The position numbers were made by a program, and so were the translations under genes. This document shows, piece after piece, positions 13,530 through 27,649 of a stretch of 64,000 nucleotides of DNA (position 1 is its first letter; every line of letters starts with the position of its first letter). The DNA comes from Raja brachyura (taxonomy: Eukaryota). The notes under the pieces are model-generated. The model did not search any database. It had not been told where the DNA came from and saw nothing but the letters and a program-made list of their open reading frames with translations. The stretch lies in NCBI GenBank assembly GCA_963514005.1, contig OY740813.1, positions 9,858,001 to 9,922,000 of the forward strand, written 5' to 3'.

Positions 13530-14950
13530 CTAGACCAAGTGGGACCCGTTGGGCCCCGTTCCCCCAACGCAATAATCCACCACTCACCAGCTCTCCCAAT
13601 GCAACTTGTTTCCACCACTCACCCGTTCCCCCAACGTAACCCGTTTTCCAACGCAATATTCCACCACTCACCCATAGCTCCCATCGGGAGACCTGGTCCC
13701 CCAACGCAACCCCCAACATAAGATTCCACCACTCACCCGTTGGGTCCATGTCCCAAGGGAGGCCTGGTTCCTCCAACGCAACCCATTCCAACGCAACATT
13801 CAACCACTCACCCCTAACCCCCAAGAGAGGCCTGGTCCCCTAACGCAACCCGTTCCGCAACGTAAAATTCCATCACTCACCCATTGCCCCAACACATCTC
13901 ATTCCCCCAATGTAATATTCCACCACTCACCCATAGCCCCCAACTGTGCGGGTCGGCTAATTTTTTTCACCCTCCCATATTTTAAACTTAAAAAAATGCA
14001 ATTGCACTAAGATGTGATGTAGGTGCCACCGACAAGGCGATCTTTTGTTTTCATAGAACATAGAAACATAGAAAATAGGTGCAGGAGTAGGCCATTCGGC
14101 CCTTCGAGCCTGCACCGCCATTCAATGTGATCATGGCTGATCATCCAACTCAGTATCCCGTACCTGCCTTCTCTCCATACCCCCTGATCCCTTTAGCCAC
14201 AAGTGCCACATCTAACGCCCTCTTAAATATAGCCAATGAACTAATCTAAAACTAATCATTAAAATTAGCTATGCTGGGTTAGGCTGGCAGATTCTTTCCC
14301 TGAAGGACATTTGCTGTGAAGGACTCAGTGTTCTGGGATAGCAACATTATAGTCGGTAGGGCATTGCGACATCATAACTGCCAGTGCATATTTGAAGAAA
14401 TCCGACTTTTAAAAGTCACTTTAAAACTTTTAAAACTCCCCCACTACATCCCTCTCCTTGCAACAATGTAAAAACACTCTCATAGCTTGTATATTGGCAG
14501 CTGAGATCACATTGTGATGTCATTTTCAGCTGTCAGAATGTTCAGGGCAGCTTGTGTAAATGAGATCCCATTGTGATTGGAGGACAGTGAGGTGTCATGG
14601 TGACATCATCACTGGAAGCTGATAGAAACGTCTCCCTCTCACAGTCAGTTATTATTCTTAGTTGGCTTCTTTAAACCTTTAAACATCAATAACTTGTGAA
14701 TATATAACAAATCTGAAGGAAACTTGATTAGATTAATGATGGGAAAAAGCAGAGTAAGGTTCCCCAAGTGGGACACTTTGGGCCCCATCCCCCGACGCGG
14801 GGGGGGGGGAGGGGGGGGGGAGGGGGATTGCGGTGGCACATGGGAGGGCCGGTGATGTTGGCTGCATTGAATGTGTGGCCAGGATGGTGTCGGCCTCCGA
14901 TGATGTTGGCTGCCTTTTTGAGCAGCAATCCCATCAATCCCTATCATATC
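13530..14950 (-). mobile_element. Non-autonomous Helitron with internal minisatellite (far boundary uncertain)
   Basis: A|CTAGACCAAGTGGGACCCGTTGGGCCCC is the reverse complement of hairpin + CTAG|T. About seven copies of a CCCAACGCAATATTCCACCACTCACC unit at 13560-13940. Confidence 0.65.
14051..14242 (-). mobile_element. CR1-type LINE 3' tail nested in Helitron
   Basis: (CATAGAAA)n tail then TAGGTGCAGGAGTAGGCCATTCGGCCCTTCGAGCC; second copy at 56628-56765. Confidence 0.7.
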
Positions 14951-15450
14951 TTTTCAAGAATATGTAGAACGTTTCATTTTCAGAGCAGCACTTTTTTCCC
15001 CACTGAATTGAAGCATAATATGTGCCAGTCAGGCAGGCAGTTATGTGAAGTATTCTATACAACAATCTGCCTTGGGTCACATTCTTTATTGTAGGGCAGC
15101 TCTTAAGAAAGAAAAACAATGTTGGAGGAGGCAACACTGGTGCCCACACTGTCCATGCCTCATGCAAAAATATTACCCAAGAGCTGCTCAGTATAAAATT
15201 CATAGACAAACACTCACTCTGTGGTCAAACAAATTTACAGAATTAGCAAACAGATACAGCTTTACAAAGTCAAAACTTGCATCAGTTAAGCTCTATAAAC
15301 ATGATGGTAAAGCGCAATAAAGCGAGTCAAACGTTGTGAACTCAAGGACAAGCTTTATTAAACAAAAAATAATTCCAAAACACTAGCAGTGTTGCTGAGC
15401 CCAGAGTAACTTCATGTCCCTGCAGCAATCATCCTCGACTTCGTTTTTAA

Positions 15451-15530
15451 CCCCGCCTCAGTCACGTGCCTCTTACCACATGATGAACGAGGGTTCGATT
15501 AGCCAGTGGCCCGACCACCAGATGGCGCCA
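15451..15530 (+). promoter_or_regulatory. Candidate intronic regulatory cluster: GC-box, E-box, CTCF site
   Basis: CCCCGCC (15451), GTCACGTG (15461) and CCACCAGATGGCGC (15515-15528), which matches the CTCF core CCASYAGRKGGCRS. Local CpG enrichment. Confidence 0.55.
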
Positions 15531-15949
15531 CAATGGAACAAAAATGTTTACTTTAGCCCAGATATTCAAACTGCGTAGAACAACCCTCTAACTCGGTGGA
15601 CACAAGACTAAATTAGAGTTACTTGTTTGGGCAGGAAACTTGGTCAATGTAGAATATGTTGGACACATGATGCTTGTAAGAGCTACACTGCTATCATCAT
15701 TCAGGAGTCAAGAACCGTGTAACCTTAGATCATTCGAGTCCAGAAGAAATGGACGACGATCAAAAACATAAACATTGGTAGGCAGGGAGCGTAGAAGTAT
15801 CCTCAAATGCATCTTACTCTCAGCATTTATTCTCAGTGCTGGCAAGGATAAGAGTTCCTCAAATGAGTAATCCCGAATCAAATCTAAAATACTGAGCACA
15901 GTTGCACAGGGAAGAGAATAAAGGGAGTGGAGGGGAGGGGGTAGGTGGC

Positions 15950-16200
15950 GGAAAAAGGCATTTTTTGCAGCAACACAGACATGGCAGGTTGGTAGGTTGC
16001 CTTCTTGGCACCAGGATCAAGAACACAGGATGCAGAATAGGCTGAAGTGAGAGGATGAACCCAGAGGTTGTGCTGCATAATGGTACAAAGAGGCAGAAAA
16101 AGAATCAAATCCTTCTTTACAATGAGCAAGAAATTGATGAAAAAGCAGAACTTAAAATCTACCACTACAATGTACCAATAAGGATAAAATAGAGATTGTT
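15950..16200 (+). mobile_element. Degraded CR1 ORF1 (SGNH esterase) fragment
   Basis: Reads CLLGTRIK...PEVVLHNGT, cf. CR1 ORF1 CLPGARV...PEVVVHVGTND. Confidence 0.45.
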
Positions 16201-17545
16201 GCTAATGAATGAGAACCTATGGAGAAGGCCTCGGATTCTCAATCCACCAAGACCAGTCCTTGGGAGGTGGGGCCTGCATGTTTCACAGTTCAACAGTGCT
16301 GGGACCAATACATTTGTACAGAAAGTTTGCTGGTCTCAGAGGAAGGGTTTAAGGCAGTAGTACACAGTGGGAACCTTGGGTTAGTATCAACACGTATCAG
16401 TGCAAAACAATTTCCTTCAATTCATGTTTCTTGACATTTGCACCGATGATGTAGCTTCATGTCATGGAAATTCGTGATAAGGACTGGTTTCTAGGAGCAC
16501 AGTCTGAAGAAGGTTCCCGGCCCAAAATGTCATCTGTCTATTCCTCCCATACATGCTGCTAACCCGCCTAGTTCCTCCATCCCTTTGATTTTTGGTCAAG
16601 AATCTCCAAATCATTTTTATCCTTGAAAATCTGAATCATCCCCACTAACGTGTGGATTCCTGGCACAAGACAACACAAAATGAAAGAGGGTGAATTCCGG
16701 ATAGTACTGAAAACATCAAGTTGCTTCATCAGATGCACAGAAAGGCCCAGCACAGTGGTGGAAGAAACATACCACCTACCACACTTTTCACTCACTTGCT
16801 CCACTGAGATCTCCTGTCCTCATCTCTGGTTCAGTGTGTGGAACCTATACTGACGTCATCAGTCACCTCAGATCTACAAGCAAGAGATCATCAACCCCAA
16901 GGTTCATTGCATTTAAAAAGTGCAGGGAGGCGCACTTAATGTGCCATAACCAACCAGTGTGGAAAGAAAAGTTCTAAATAATCAATTGTAATAAATTCAA
17001 GGTCATCACAAAACTGGCACACACAAGGAATGAGCTGAAAGACCAAAAGAGTTGCGAATTGATATTATTCCAAACTTTTATTTTGTGCCTGGCATGAATA
17101 TGTTGGGCTAAATGGTTACCAAGAGTACTAAAAGTATATCTACGTTATGGAAAACCAGGCAGTTTTAACCTCATCGAATGAATTTATATTACATTATTGT
17201 TCATCAAACAATTATTCAGGCCAACACGCCACTACCAAAGTTGGAATGAGCTCAGTTAGATTATTGCCTCAGTAACAAAATAACTGTTGTTTACAGAATT
17301 GAACAAATCGTTCAGCACAATCCTCGAGTGTGCCAGTTATATGACAACCTTGAATTTATCACAATGGATTGTTTCCAACTGTTTTACTCCATACTTGTGC
17401 ATTTCAAGTTGGTCCTCATCTGTTTCCAACAGCAAGCACAGCCAGCGTTTAATGAAGCCTAATTCGTGGTGAGCACAGCAAGATGGTACACCTCAGAAAA
17501 GTGGATTGGTTGCATATGCAATCTTATGGTCAATGATAAAATAAA

Positions 17546-17942
17546 ACAAAGATAGAATGTAGTTGGAGGCTGTAAGACTGGTGGGAGAACTGGGAAGGGT
17601 ATGGAGCGAGAGGGAAAGGTTACACCCCAGCTGTATGAATATTGACTTCAAATACCCAGTGTTAACTTCAAATAGCCCGTGCTTTCCCTCTCTCTCCATC
17701 CCCCTCCCTCTTCCCAATTCTCCCACCAGTCTTACTGTCTCCGACTACATTCTATCTTTGTCCCGCCCACTCCCCTGACATCTATCTTTGTCCCGCCCAC
17801 TCCCCTGACATCCGTCTGAAGGGTCTCAACCCAAAACATCACCCATTCCTTCTCTCCAGAGATGCTGCCCGTCCCACTGAGTTACCCCAGTATTTTGTGT
17901 CTACCTTCAATTTAAACCAGCATCTGCAGTTCTTTCTTACAC
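17546..17942. mobile_element. Penelope-like fragment with inverted terminal repeat
   Basis: 17546-17619 is the imperfect reverse complement of about 17682-17760. LHPSCMNIDF is GIY-YIG C-terminus-like. 30-bp tandem duplication at 17751-17810. Confidence 0.75.
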
Positions 17943-20234
17943 ATATAAAATAAAACATGCTGCGTAAGAGGAATGTCATTAAAATTAAAAAAATGAATCT
18001 ACTGGTAATTGTATGGGATGTCACTGAAGCACTGAGTTATAAACAAAAATGTGTAAGCCAAGCTTAACATTCACTGACATGCCACCATTAATTCTGCAGC
18101 TGTGTTTGCAATATTTAAGTATTTCCAATCACAATTATTGAATTACGAGAGCAGCAATTACGAGATCTAGACGAAGAATTCAATTTTAGAAATCCAAAGT
18201 TATTAATTTTTTTTTAAAAAGGCATCTTGCACTTTAAATTAAAACAGTCAATCCTTCTCCTTGGTAAAATAAAATATATTGGTCATTCCTTCCTAACATG
18301 AATTGAGAACAGAAAACCTATTGCTTCGTGCTCTTTTACACTTGGAGTCAATCAGCTGAGCTATCCCCTATTTGAGGCTGAAAAGTCCTATCAATCTGTC
18401 TCTGCCAGCTCTAACTGCGAATCCACCTCAGCTTTATTATGCACACTGCGTAATGCTTAGGTGTCTCCAGCTATAATTGTTTACTATACTCTGGGGTCCA
18501 GCTTCAACAGAATGCCCAGAGTATGGAATCTACGTTGGGAAAACTAGACAAATTCAGGAAGCTGGCTTATCATCACCTTTCTAAGGGCAATTACAGATGT
18601 GCTTTGAAAGATGGCATTGCACAGTCCAATATATTGGGTAAAACATAACTGCCATGTTGGCAGTACAGTACACCACGGAAAAAAAAAAAAAAGCAGAAAA
18701 TATACAATTAAAAATAAAATTGTACCAAGGCACCATGCTTGGATACACAGGGAAAATATAAAACATCATAACCATGAAATTAATAACTTATCTTTATAAT
18801 GATATGAAATTCTATATATATTATCAAAGTATTTTCACATCCATAATGGGTTTTTTTGTACAGCACTAGGGATCAATGACAGGTAATATTTAGTGCTGTC
18901 AACACAACTTATTCAGGGGGTGATCACTGGTTATTTTGTCCAAATTATGTCACCAGCAGTGCAAATTTATTTGGACTAAAGGTCAACCAGTTCTATACTC
19001 CATATACAAGGAAATAAATAAACGCCATATTTTAACAGTGTCCTGCTGACACGCGGTATTGCTCAAAATGTTTCACAACCAACAATGTATAATTATGAAA
19101 AGCAGTGGTCCATTTGCACACTGTAAAGAGCCACATATCACTGATTCTCTGGTCATTTTCTTGTACTTTTGGTGACAGTGCTTTTGGCAAGGATAAGAAT
19201 TTATTGGGTCATGGAGGACAACACTGCTTTTTCGTCAAAATTGTGGTAGGTTGGAGGGGGCGGATGTGCATTAGGAAGAAAGCAGAGGTACTTGGGGAAG
19301 AGAATGGTAGGAAGAAGAAGAATAACTGTCTCCGACAGGAGGGGGAAAATCATAAACATCAAGAAATGTTGAATTTAACACCAATGCTGCTCCAATTCCC
19401 ATGGCATGTATTCAGCTCCTGTTAGGCTATTTTTCAATTACATATTCACAAATACGAGGGATTTACAGAGGTTGTGTATTAAAACACCAAGAGCCATAGG
19501 TACATCCTGTGGATAAACTTGATGTTATATTTCCTGAATGTAATCACAAAACTCTTCTAAATGACAATACAGCTGCAATATGTCATTTCACTACCTTTCC
19601 TTACTCTGATTTTCCAACATTCTCAACAATGACACCGTGCAAAGGAGGAGGAGGCAAGTGAAATAGAGGAGATGCAAAGGGGAAAGTGTGACAGCATACT
19701 CTGGAACTTGGTGCGCTGAAGAAAGACGACAACTTTCATTTATTTTTTACGGCAATCTATAATTTCTTATCAAAGATCTGAACAGTTGAGCCAAATCTCA
19801 CCAGCTAAACACTAGCAATTCTGAATGATACAGTGACATGGAGATAATCCTGACCTTGGATGGTGTCTGAGTGACATTTCTCCCTGAAAGCAAGATTTTC
19901 CCGTTTTGTCCCATATCCCAGAGACATGCTGGTTGGTTAATTGACTAAGTTAAAAGTGGCAAAACAGGAATCAAGGTGGAATTTAGGGGTACTTAAGAGA
20001 CAACAAGCTGATATGGTGAACTATACGGCGAATGGGGCTCGAGAGAGTTGTGCTGCAGGGAGATGGGATTGTGCCAACGGCTGAATGACTTCATTATTAT
20101 AATGCCACATTTTAACCTTTTTTTAAATATGGCAGCAAGTGAGGGCTGCAATCGCCCTAAACTGAAGACAACACAAATAGACAAAGGCTGAGTTTGAGGC
20201 TTGGAAATAGCTCTGGTGGGTTGGCAAAAGTTTA

Positions 20235-20953
20235 GATTTGTATATTATTGTCATGTGCACCGAGTTACAGTGAAATGTTTTTCACTGTGTGCTATCTAGT
20301 AAAAAAAAAACTCTGCATGGTTACAATGAAGCCCTCCACAATGTACAAATGCAGGATATAGGATACAATATTTAGTGCGAGATAACGTCTGATAAAAGAT
20401 AGTTCAAAGGTATCCAATGAAGTAGATCGGAGGTCAGGACGGGACTCTAGCTTGTGAGAGGTTGGTTCAGTTGCCTGATAACAGCCGGAAAGAAACTGCC
20501 ACTGAACCTCAAGGAGTGCATTTTCAAACTTCTGTACCACTTGCCTGATGGGAGAGGGGAGAAGAGGGCATGGCCAGGGTGCAACACGTCATTGATTATG
20601 CTGCTGGCCTTGCTGAGGCATAAAATAGAGTCAATGACAGGGAGGTTGGTGTGCGTGTTAGTTTGGGCTACATCCACAAATCTACAATTTCTTGCGGTCT
20701 TGGGTGGAACTGTTCCCACACCATGCTGTGATGAATCCCGATAAAATGCTTTCTGCGGCACATTTGTAAAATTTGTTGAGGATTGTTGGGGACATGCCAA
20801 GCGTCCTAAGCCTTCTAGGGAAGTAGAGGTGTTGGTGTGCTTTCTTGGCCATAGCTTTGATGTGGGTGGTTGAGGGCAAATTGCTGGTGATATCTATTCC
20901 GAAGAACCTGAAGGTTTTGACCATCTCTACTTCGACACCATCAATGCATTCTG

Positions 20954-21012
<59 letters not shown>

Positions 21013-21085
21013 GCTTCACTTCCTGAAGTCAATCACAATCTTCTCCACCTTGCTGACATTGTGGGGGAAGTTGTCATCTTGCCAC
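20235..21085 (-). mobile_element. Rex1/Babar LINE 3' fragment
   Basis: ORFs 20682-21032 (AKKAHQHLYFPRRLR...FYKCAAESILSGFITAWCGNSSTQDRKKL) and 20447-20800 (HPGHALFSPLPSGKWYRS...FFPAVIRQLN) are typical of the Rex1 C-terminus. Confidence 0.85.
20956..21009 (+). repeat. (GT)n microsatellite
   Basis: About 27 perfect GT units. Confidence 0.95.
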
Positions 21086-22643
21086 CTGTTCACTCTCCAA
21101 ACATCTTTAATGGGAAATAAAAACTGTTTTATTTCAAATCAACATAGACGGATTAAAAAGAACCCTGAAAACATTTTTTTTTAAATTGTTGGCTAACACT
21201 GAGCAATCATTAATGTCCCAATATATTGATCTGTTAGGCATAAGCTGTGCAGATTAGGGACAAAATGGATAGCAGTTTCAATGACCAAATATAGACAAAA
21301 TGTACCTAGTCATCTTTGTTTTTGCCATACAATTCTTTTATCTAAGCATTACTGCAGCAGTATCCTTTTTTAACATCGCTGTTCAAGGTGTTTCTAGATT
21401 GTAAAAACACATATCTGGTCAACAGAGATTTGTCACCCACGATTAACAATTAAAAAAAAACACACCAAAATCCTTTCCATTCTCAATCCCAACACTCGGC
21501 TGATTTGTCAGTGCTAATTTATGCCTCTTTTCAGTTCTTTGGCACTGCAATTTTTCTTTTTAAAAAACTGCACAGCAATAAAAATGTCACTGTAATTACT
21601 CCAGTATAAACATTCTTTGAATATTAACAAAACAGGTTTACAAATTTGTAGATATCATTACAAAACCAAATACGAAAATGTAGAGCTCCAAATCTAAAAT
21701 ATTCCTTACTTTGCTCGTTGAGTTAACAACTCTATTCAGCTTTCCATGATAACAGTAGTATCTTGTCATTCAGCTGGCGTGACCAGGAAATACACAATAC
21801 TTTTTACACAGAAAAATGAGATCTGGCAAATGTAATCCACATACTTTGGAACGGGTCTGCTGCTCATTACTTGTATAAGAAAAGTGTTTGTGGTGAGTGG
21901 GTGGGAGAGAATGCTTAAAGAATGCCTGTTAAAAATCTACAAGATCACCAAGTAGTCAAAAACAGAATATAGTTTTTGTGAAGGCAAACAGTGCCTGCAA
22001 AGAATTTTGTTTATTTACAAAGCTGCTCATACCATAATGGATGCCTACATTTCTATCCTGATCTTTCAGACAAATAATAGGATTTTGATTGTAATGACAA
22101 ATTGGGTTTTTAGGTTATAAACATAAGATGATCACTAATAAATCCAACCAGAAATTAAGGAAAGTATTTTGCCAGAGAGTGGCCAAACTGCTATATCAGT
22201 TAGCCAAGTTATATTATAATTAAATTGAAGGAGAAAGGTATAGAATAGGTTTAGAGGGATATGGGCCAAACAGAGAAAATACTTAGGTCCCATTAGGTGG
22301 GGCATCTTGGTCAACATGGACGAGTTGGGCTGAAGGGCCTATTTCTGAGCTGTAAGACTCTACAATATGACATAATGGTGCATTTTGTGGATGAGGTATG
22401 GTAGGAGGTTGGAATTAAGGAAAATGCTGGGGTTGCTGTATAAACAGGCTGGTTCCATTGAACTCAAAATGCTTATAAGCGAACGCTCCATTGCAGTATT
22501 TGGAAGGGCACAACATGTAGGTGATGGTATTCTCAAAGATTTTCAATCTTACCATCCAGATTATGTGGTTTCGGATCAATGCTCGGTTTTGTAAAAATGC
22601 GAAATAAAGTTCATAAAAGACCTTTCACAAAGAATTACAACCT

Positions 22644-23319
22644 TCCAATATCATGAAGTTTGAAAATAAAAATAAAAACGACTTCGATACCGATTTTGCA
22701 TTAAGTGTTTCTAGTGAAAAAGAGAACCATCCAGATGTTGGTTGGGCTTAAGTTTATAGAGAGGTTGGACAGACTGGGACATTTTTCTTTGGAATTAGGA
22801 GGCAGTGGGGTGGCCTTATTGAGATGTGCATGATCATGGAGGGCCTGGATAAAGTGAATGCTCACAGTCCTTTTCCAGTGTGGAGCTTTCTAAAACTAGA
22901 GGGCATAGGCTGAAAGTGAGAGGGGGGGGGGGGGGGGTGGGGGAGATTTAAGAGGAACCACAGGAGAAACTTTCACTCAGAATGTTGTCCAATGTCATGA
23001 AGTTTGAAAATAAAAATAAAAACTACTTCGATATCGATTTTGCATTAAGTGTTTCTAGTGAAAAAGAGAACCATCCAGATGTCGGTTGGGCTTGAGTTTA
23101 TAGAGAGGTTGGACAGACTGGGACATTTTTCTTTGGAATTAGGAGGCAGTGGGGTGGCCTTATTGAGATGTGCATGATCATGGAGGGCCTGGATAAAGTG
23201 AATGCTCACAGTCCTTTTCCAGTGTGGAGCTTTCTAAAACTAGATGGCATAGGCTGAAAGTGAGAGGGGAGAGATTTAAAAGGAACCACAGGAGAAACTT
23301 TCACTCAGAATGTTGTCCA
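22644..23319 (+). repeat. About 340-bp tandem duplication spanning unique DNA and a CR1 fragment
   Basis: 22644-22987 is nearly identical to 22988-23316; TCCA at the junctions. The copies differ mainly in a poly-G tract. Confidence 0.9.
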
Positions 23320-23530
23320 TATCTGGAATGAGCTGCCAGAGGAAGCAACAGAAACAATACAATTACAAATTTTACAAGACATTTGAACCGATATAGGGGG
23401 AGGAAGGGCTGGGAACGATATTGGTCAAATGTAGGCCAATAGGAATAGCTCAATATGCCAACTTGGTCGGCGTGGACAAAGTGGACTGAGGGGACTGTTT
23501 CTGTGCTGTACAGAGCTAGGATTCCATGAC
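23065..23530 (+). mobile_element. CR1 LINE 3' fragment
   Basis: Reads LSL*RGWTDWDIFL-like across frameshifts (cf. LSYRERLDRLGLFSLE); AAAACTAGA(G/T)GGCATAG and TGGAATGAGCTGCCAGAGGAA; CR1 3'UTR. Confidence 0.75.
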
Positions 23531-26500
23531 TCCAGTGGGGTTTCCTTTGATTACTCAGTGTCAAGGAAGTTTCCCTTGCTACTGTTTACAACATTTACAA
23601 ATTAAAACCAGCAGAATAAAAATGATTAATCACACAAGTACAAACATTGAAAGAAATCCACTCACTTTGGAAAAAGATGGGAGCAGAGGGAGGCCACTAT
23701 ATGGGCGAGAGGTCACCCAGACCTCAACCACACGTAATCTGGCAGATGGGGCTGCTTATTAACAAAGTGCAAGTTCACACGATTACAGATATAAAGGAGT
23801 TATTATAGGTAGCCTGACGCATTGGTATTCACAAAACTGAAGGACAACAGGGACTAGAGCCTCCTTTTCCAGCATTGTCATTTCTTCTAGACTAACAGGA
23901 AGTACTTTTTTGATCAGGTTGAAACTTGGTGGTGCCCCAAGAAGGTGATTTTAATGTAACCTTTCTTTTGAAATCAGCCTTGGATAGGCTGGATAGAAAT
24001 ATACAATTTTAATATTAACGAGTTTAGTAAAAGTAACCTTGTATTGCAAAAATCCATTTTCTTCCCATCATCCTTGCACTTTAGCTTTCATTCTTACAAT
24101 TTAGACTTTATTCATTTTCCATCAAAGATCAAAACTGTGGGCTTGAGCATTTGATATGCATTTTAAAACAGGAAGCACTTTGTTTTCTAAAGCTCAGCAT
24201 CCAACTTTATCTAATTCATGAAGATAATAGGACCACTGTGTGGCTATTAAGATCCAAGATCTCTATTCTGAAAAAAACTCTTACTGTTATAGTTCCATTA
24301 ACTGAAGGATACTGCAGATCTTGGAAAGATATGTTTAATGCACCTGAACAGGGAAATATGTGGCACTTGTCGCATGAGTCTGTTGGAACTGGAGGGTGAA
24401 ACCACTGTTCACAATCAGCTGTCCGCAGGGTGCACCAATAAATATTTCACAAGTTAGTAAACCACAGCATTTTTATCTAAAATCCCTCAAAACCGCATTG
24501 TGTCCATTAACATAAAAAGGCCATTCAAACATTCTACCATTCAATAATGGTTGATTGATATTTCTCAACACCGTCTACCCAATTTGGCTCCATATCCCTT
24601 AATATAATTGACTGAAGATCGACTGTTCTCAATTTTGTTATTTTGAAATCCCATTTTCAAACCCATATCATTGTGATTTTACCCAGTGATATGCAATCAA
24701 CTCCATTCAGCTTTATAATCATATTACTTCAAAATTAATATCTTAAATTATGTGAATCTCATCATTTGTGAGATAGTCTTTATAAGCAACATTATCATTC
24801 AGTCAAGCTCAGTTTTACTTTATAGCAGATGACTGACACAAAAAGCCAAAAGAATAAACATCTACACAAGAAACTGTAGATGCTGGAATCGTGATCAAAA
24901 CACTAAGTTCTGGAAAAAGAAAAAATCAGTGGGTCAGGCAGTGTTAGTGTTCAGGTGATATTTCAGATTGGGAACCTTCCACAGCCCGAAGAAAGGTTCT
25001 GGCCCAAAACGTAGCCCATTGAATTCTTTCTACAGATGCTATCTGACCCGCGAAGTTCCTCCAGCACTTTTGTTTAAGATAAATATCAAGTCAGTTGTGT
25101 TGTATGGTTATACTTATGACATGAGCTCCTCCAAAATTAGGTGCTCCCTTCTCAACTAAACACTTAAAGGGGAGGAGTTGGAATGTATCATTTAATAGGA
25201 ACAGTAAAGAAATTATAAGCATTCACATATCCCAATACAAAGTTCACAATTTATCCATGTTTAGCATATCTGTAGGGTCTTGAAAACAGAAGTTCCTCTT
25301 GCAGATGGAATTCTATGCGCTTAATTCTAGGTAAACCTACAATACAACGCTCAAAAAGATGCTGCCTGGCCCACTGAGTTCCCCAAGCACTGTACTTTGC
25401 ACAATATAATCCTCTAAATGGTACAGTGGTCAATCAGCAGCAAGACATCACAATTCTTTCAAAGCCAGTAACATACCAAAAATAATCTCCTTATCCATTG
25501 TCATGTCACATCTGTGCCACACTTCTGAAATGACACAGGAGGGGATTCAGCCTTTCAAGTGTACCAGCTCTCAGAATGACCCCATCAATCCTGTTGGTGC
25601 ACTCATTTCCCTATTACCCATTCTCTCTCACATACCAAGACACTGTGCTGGAGTAACTCTGCAGGTTAGGAGCACTTTATCTCTTTTTATAAACGAGCAT
25701 CTGCAGTTCCTTGTACCCCCTCTCTCACATGCCTATCAATTATGCCGCTACCACCCTCCTTCCCCACAATTCTGCCAACCTATGCCAAAAGACATTTAAG
25801 TACCAATTAACTAGATTATATGTTTGTATTCAGGAACAAACCAGAGCATCACTTGGGATGGGGTAAACCTATGTAGTCACATGCAAAATCCACACTGAGG
25901 TCACCAGAAGTCAGAACTGTTACAAAGCTATGGGGCATCAGCATTAATTGCTATGCCACTGTGCTGCCCTCTCCCTGTGCAGGTTCATAGAATGTGCCGC
26001 TCAAGGATCCATTCAATCCTTAAAATAATGAAACATGAGCTTCAAGAACTTGGGTGTAATGACAGATATGGTTTTCTGTTTTTTGGGAATTAAGCCAGCC
26101 AGGTACTTTAAACAAAAATGAATTAACTTCACAATCCACAAGTGCATAAAGTCATTGTTCAGTCTGAAATCAATCACCACACTTTGCAACTCTGAACTTT
26201 GTCATGTTTCACTTCTGTTGCTTTTTGTTATAAATTCACCAATAAGTAAAGTTGGTTCTACCTGCCTTCCAGAATTTGATGAGAATTTCACAATGCTGAA
26301 ATAAAGCATTACTTTTCCAGGAAAGAAAATATCCCCAAATTTTTGACAGAATAGGGACACATCTAAAAGCTATTGCTGATCGTTTTAAGTCTCCATTTTT
26401 GGCGGGGTTTCAATTTTCTCTGTGGGCCCCAAATCCTACTCGTCATTTTGTCACACTTGTATGGTGTTACTGTTTATTGTTCAAATGATGACTCCAATGC

Positions 26501-27649
26501 AAGGTATTGAAAGATTATGAATAGAATAGAATATGAAGGGAAAATATACTTCCGCGTATTGGGGAGACAAAAATTAAATGCCATGAATAAAAGATCCATC
26601 AACGTTGCTTTTGACGTTGTAATAAATCAAACGTAATTAAGGAGAAAATTCATCACCTAAAGAGGATAAAACACAGAACTTGGGAACAGGTTGCTGGGAT
26701 AAACAAATGCTTTTAGAGAAAGCTGAAAATTAGAACAAAGAAGAAAATCACAAAGGGATATATTGATACGGTGAGATGACATATAACATGAGGACGCATC
26801 TGTGGGACACAAATACTAGCACAGAATAAAAGGGTCACAGCCAATTGTTTTGCTCCAAATTATCTCTTTTGTAATGACTAACTGAGATATGGCTCAACTC
26901 AATTGGAATAAAAGAGCAATTAAATTGAATGTTTCCTTTCAGATCTTGGTAATTACATAAAGAAGATAACAGTGAAAGTACTTGCTGGAAGCCAGGCTTC
27001 AGTTATCTTTGAATATGCCACCTTCTAGCCAATGTAGTTGCATTGCCTCGAGGCAAAACCATGTTCTGCACAAGAAACTACTCTCAGCTAACACAAGTAC
27101 AATAGATTATATGGTTGTTAACATGATAGTATTTTTAAAAGCATTTGTAGAAATTGACTTCTACATTTCCTTCAACACTAATTATCATAACTATAACTGC
27201 TCTATAGATTGTAAAATGGTTTGGAACATCCTATCATATGGAAGACACTATGGTAATGTAAGCTTTCGTTTTATTAGATCCAAGACTGTTATGCTGATTA
27301 AAACGTTTTATGTAGCAATGGAAGACTTGCTGGTAACACAAAATAAGTTTACGCAGTTTGGAGTTCAAGTAATATAACTTAAATACCTTTACATTCACAC
27401 TTAACCAACTAATTACAACAACAACTGCAAATCCAATAAATAATGACTGAATACATACATCATACGAGTCAGTTGCAACCAGTGGTGCCAATTTATAAAT
27501 ATCAAAAGTAGAATTGAATCAGTGTTTACATTTATCAAAATACTTGCAGAAGTTTCATAATTCAGTGAAGTATAACATTGAAATCATACATTGATGACAA
27601 GCTCTTTGCCATCAAACCTCATTTCTCCAATCATGAGATTTCTCCTTAC

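Noticed and set aside
13560-13940. Repeat-spacer-like array resembling CRISPR
   Set aside because: Eukaryotic context, spacers are related to each other, no cas genes, and it lies inside a Helitron.
15479-15530. ATGATGA C-box (snoRNA) or tRNA B-box GGTTCGATT
   Set aside because: Antisense to the host gene; no D box, terminal stem or cloverleaf seen.
21688-21706. Minus-strand EYFRFGA as a possible RFamide/QRFP end
   Set aside because: Lacks the GGF motif, a basic cleavage site and a precursor ORF.
1-27649. ABL1 exon 1a or exon 2 within the window
   Set aside because: No MLEICLKLVG or EALQRP-like sequence recognised by eye; consistent with the very long ABL1 first intron.
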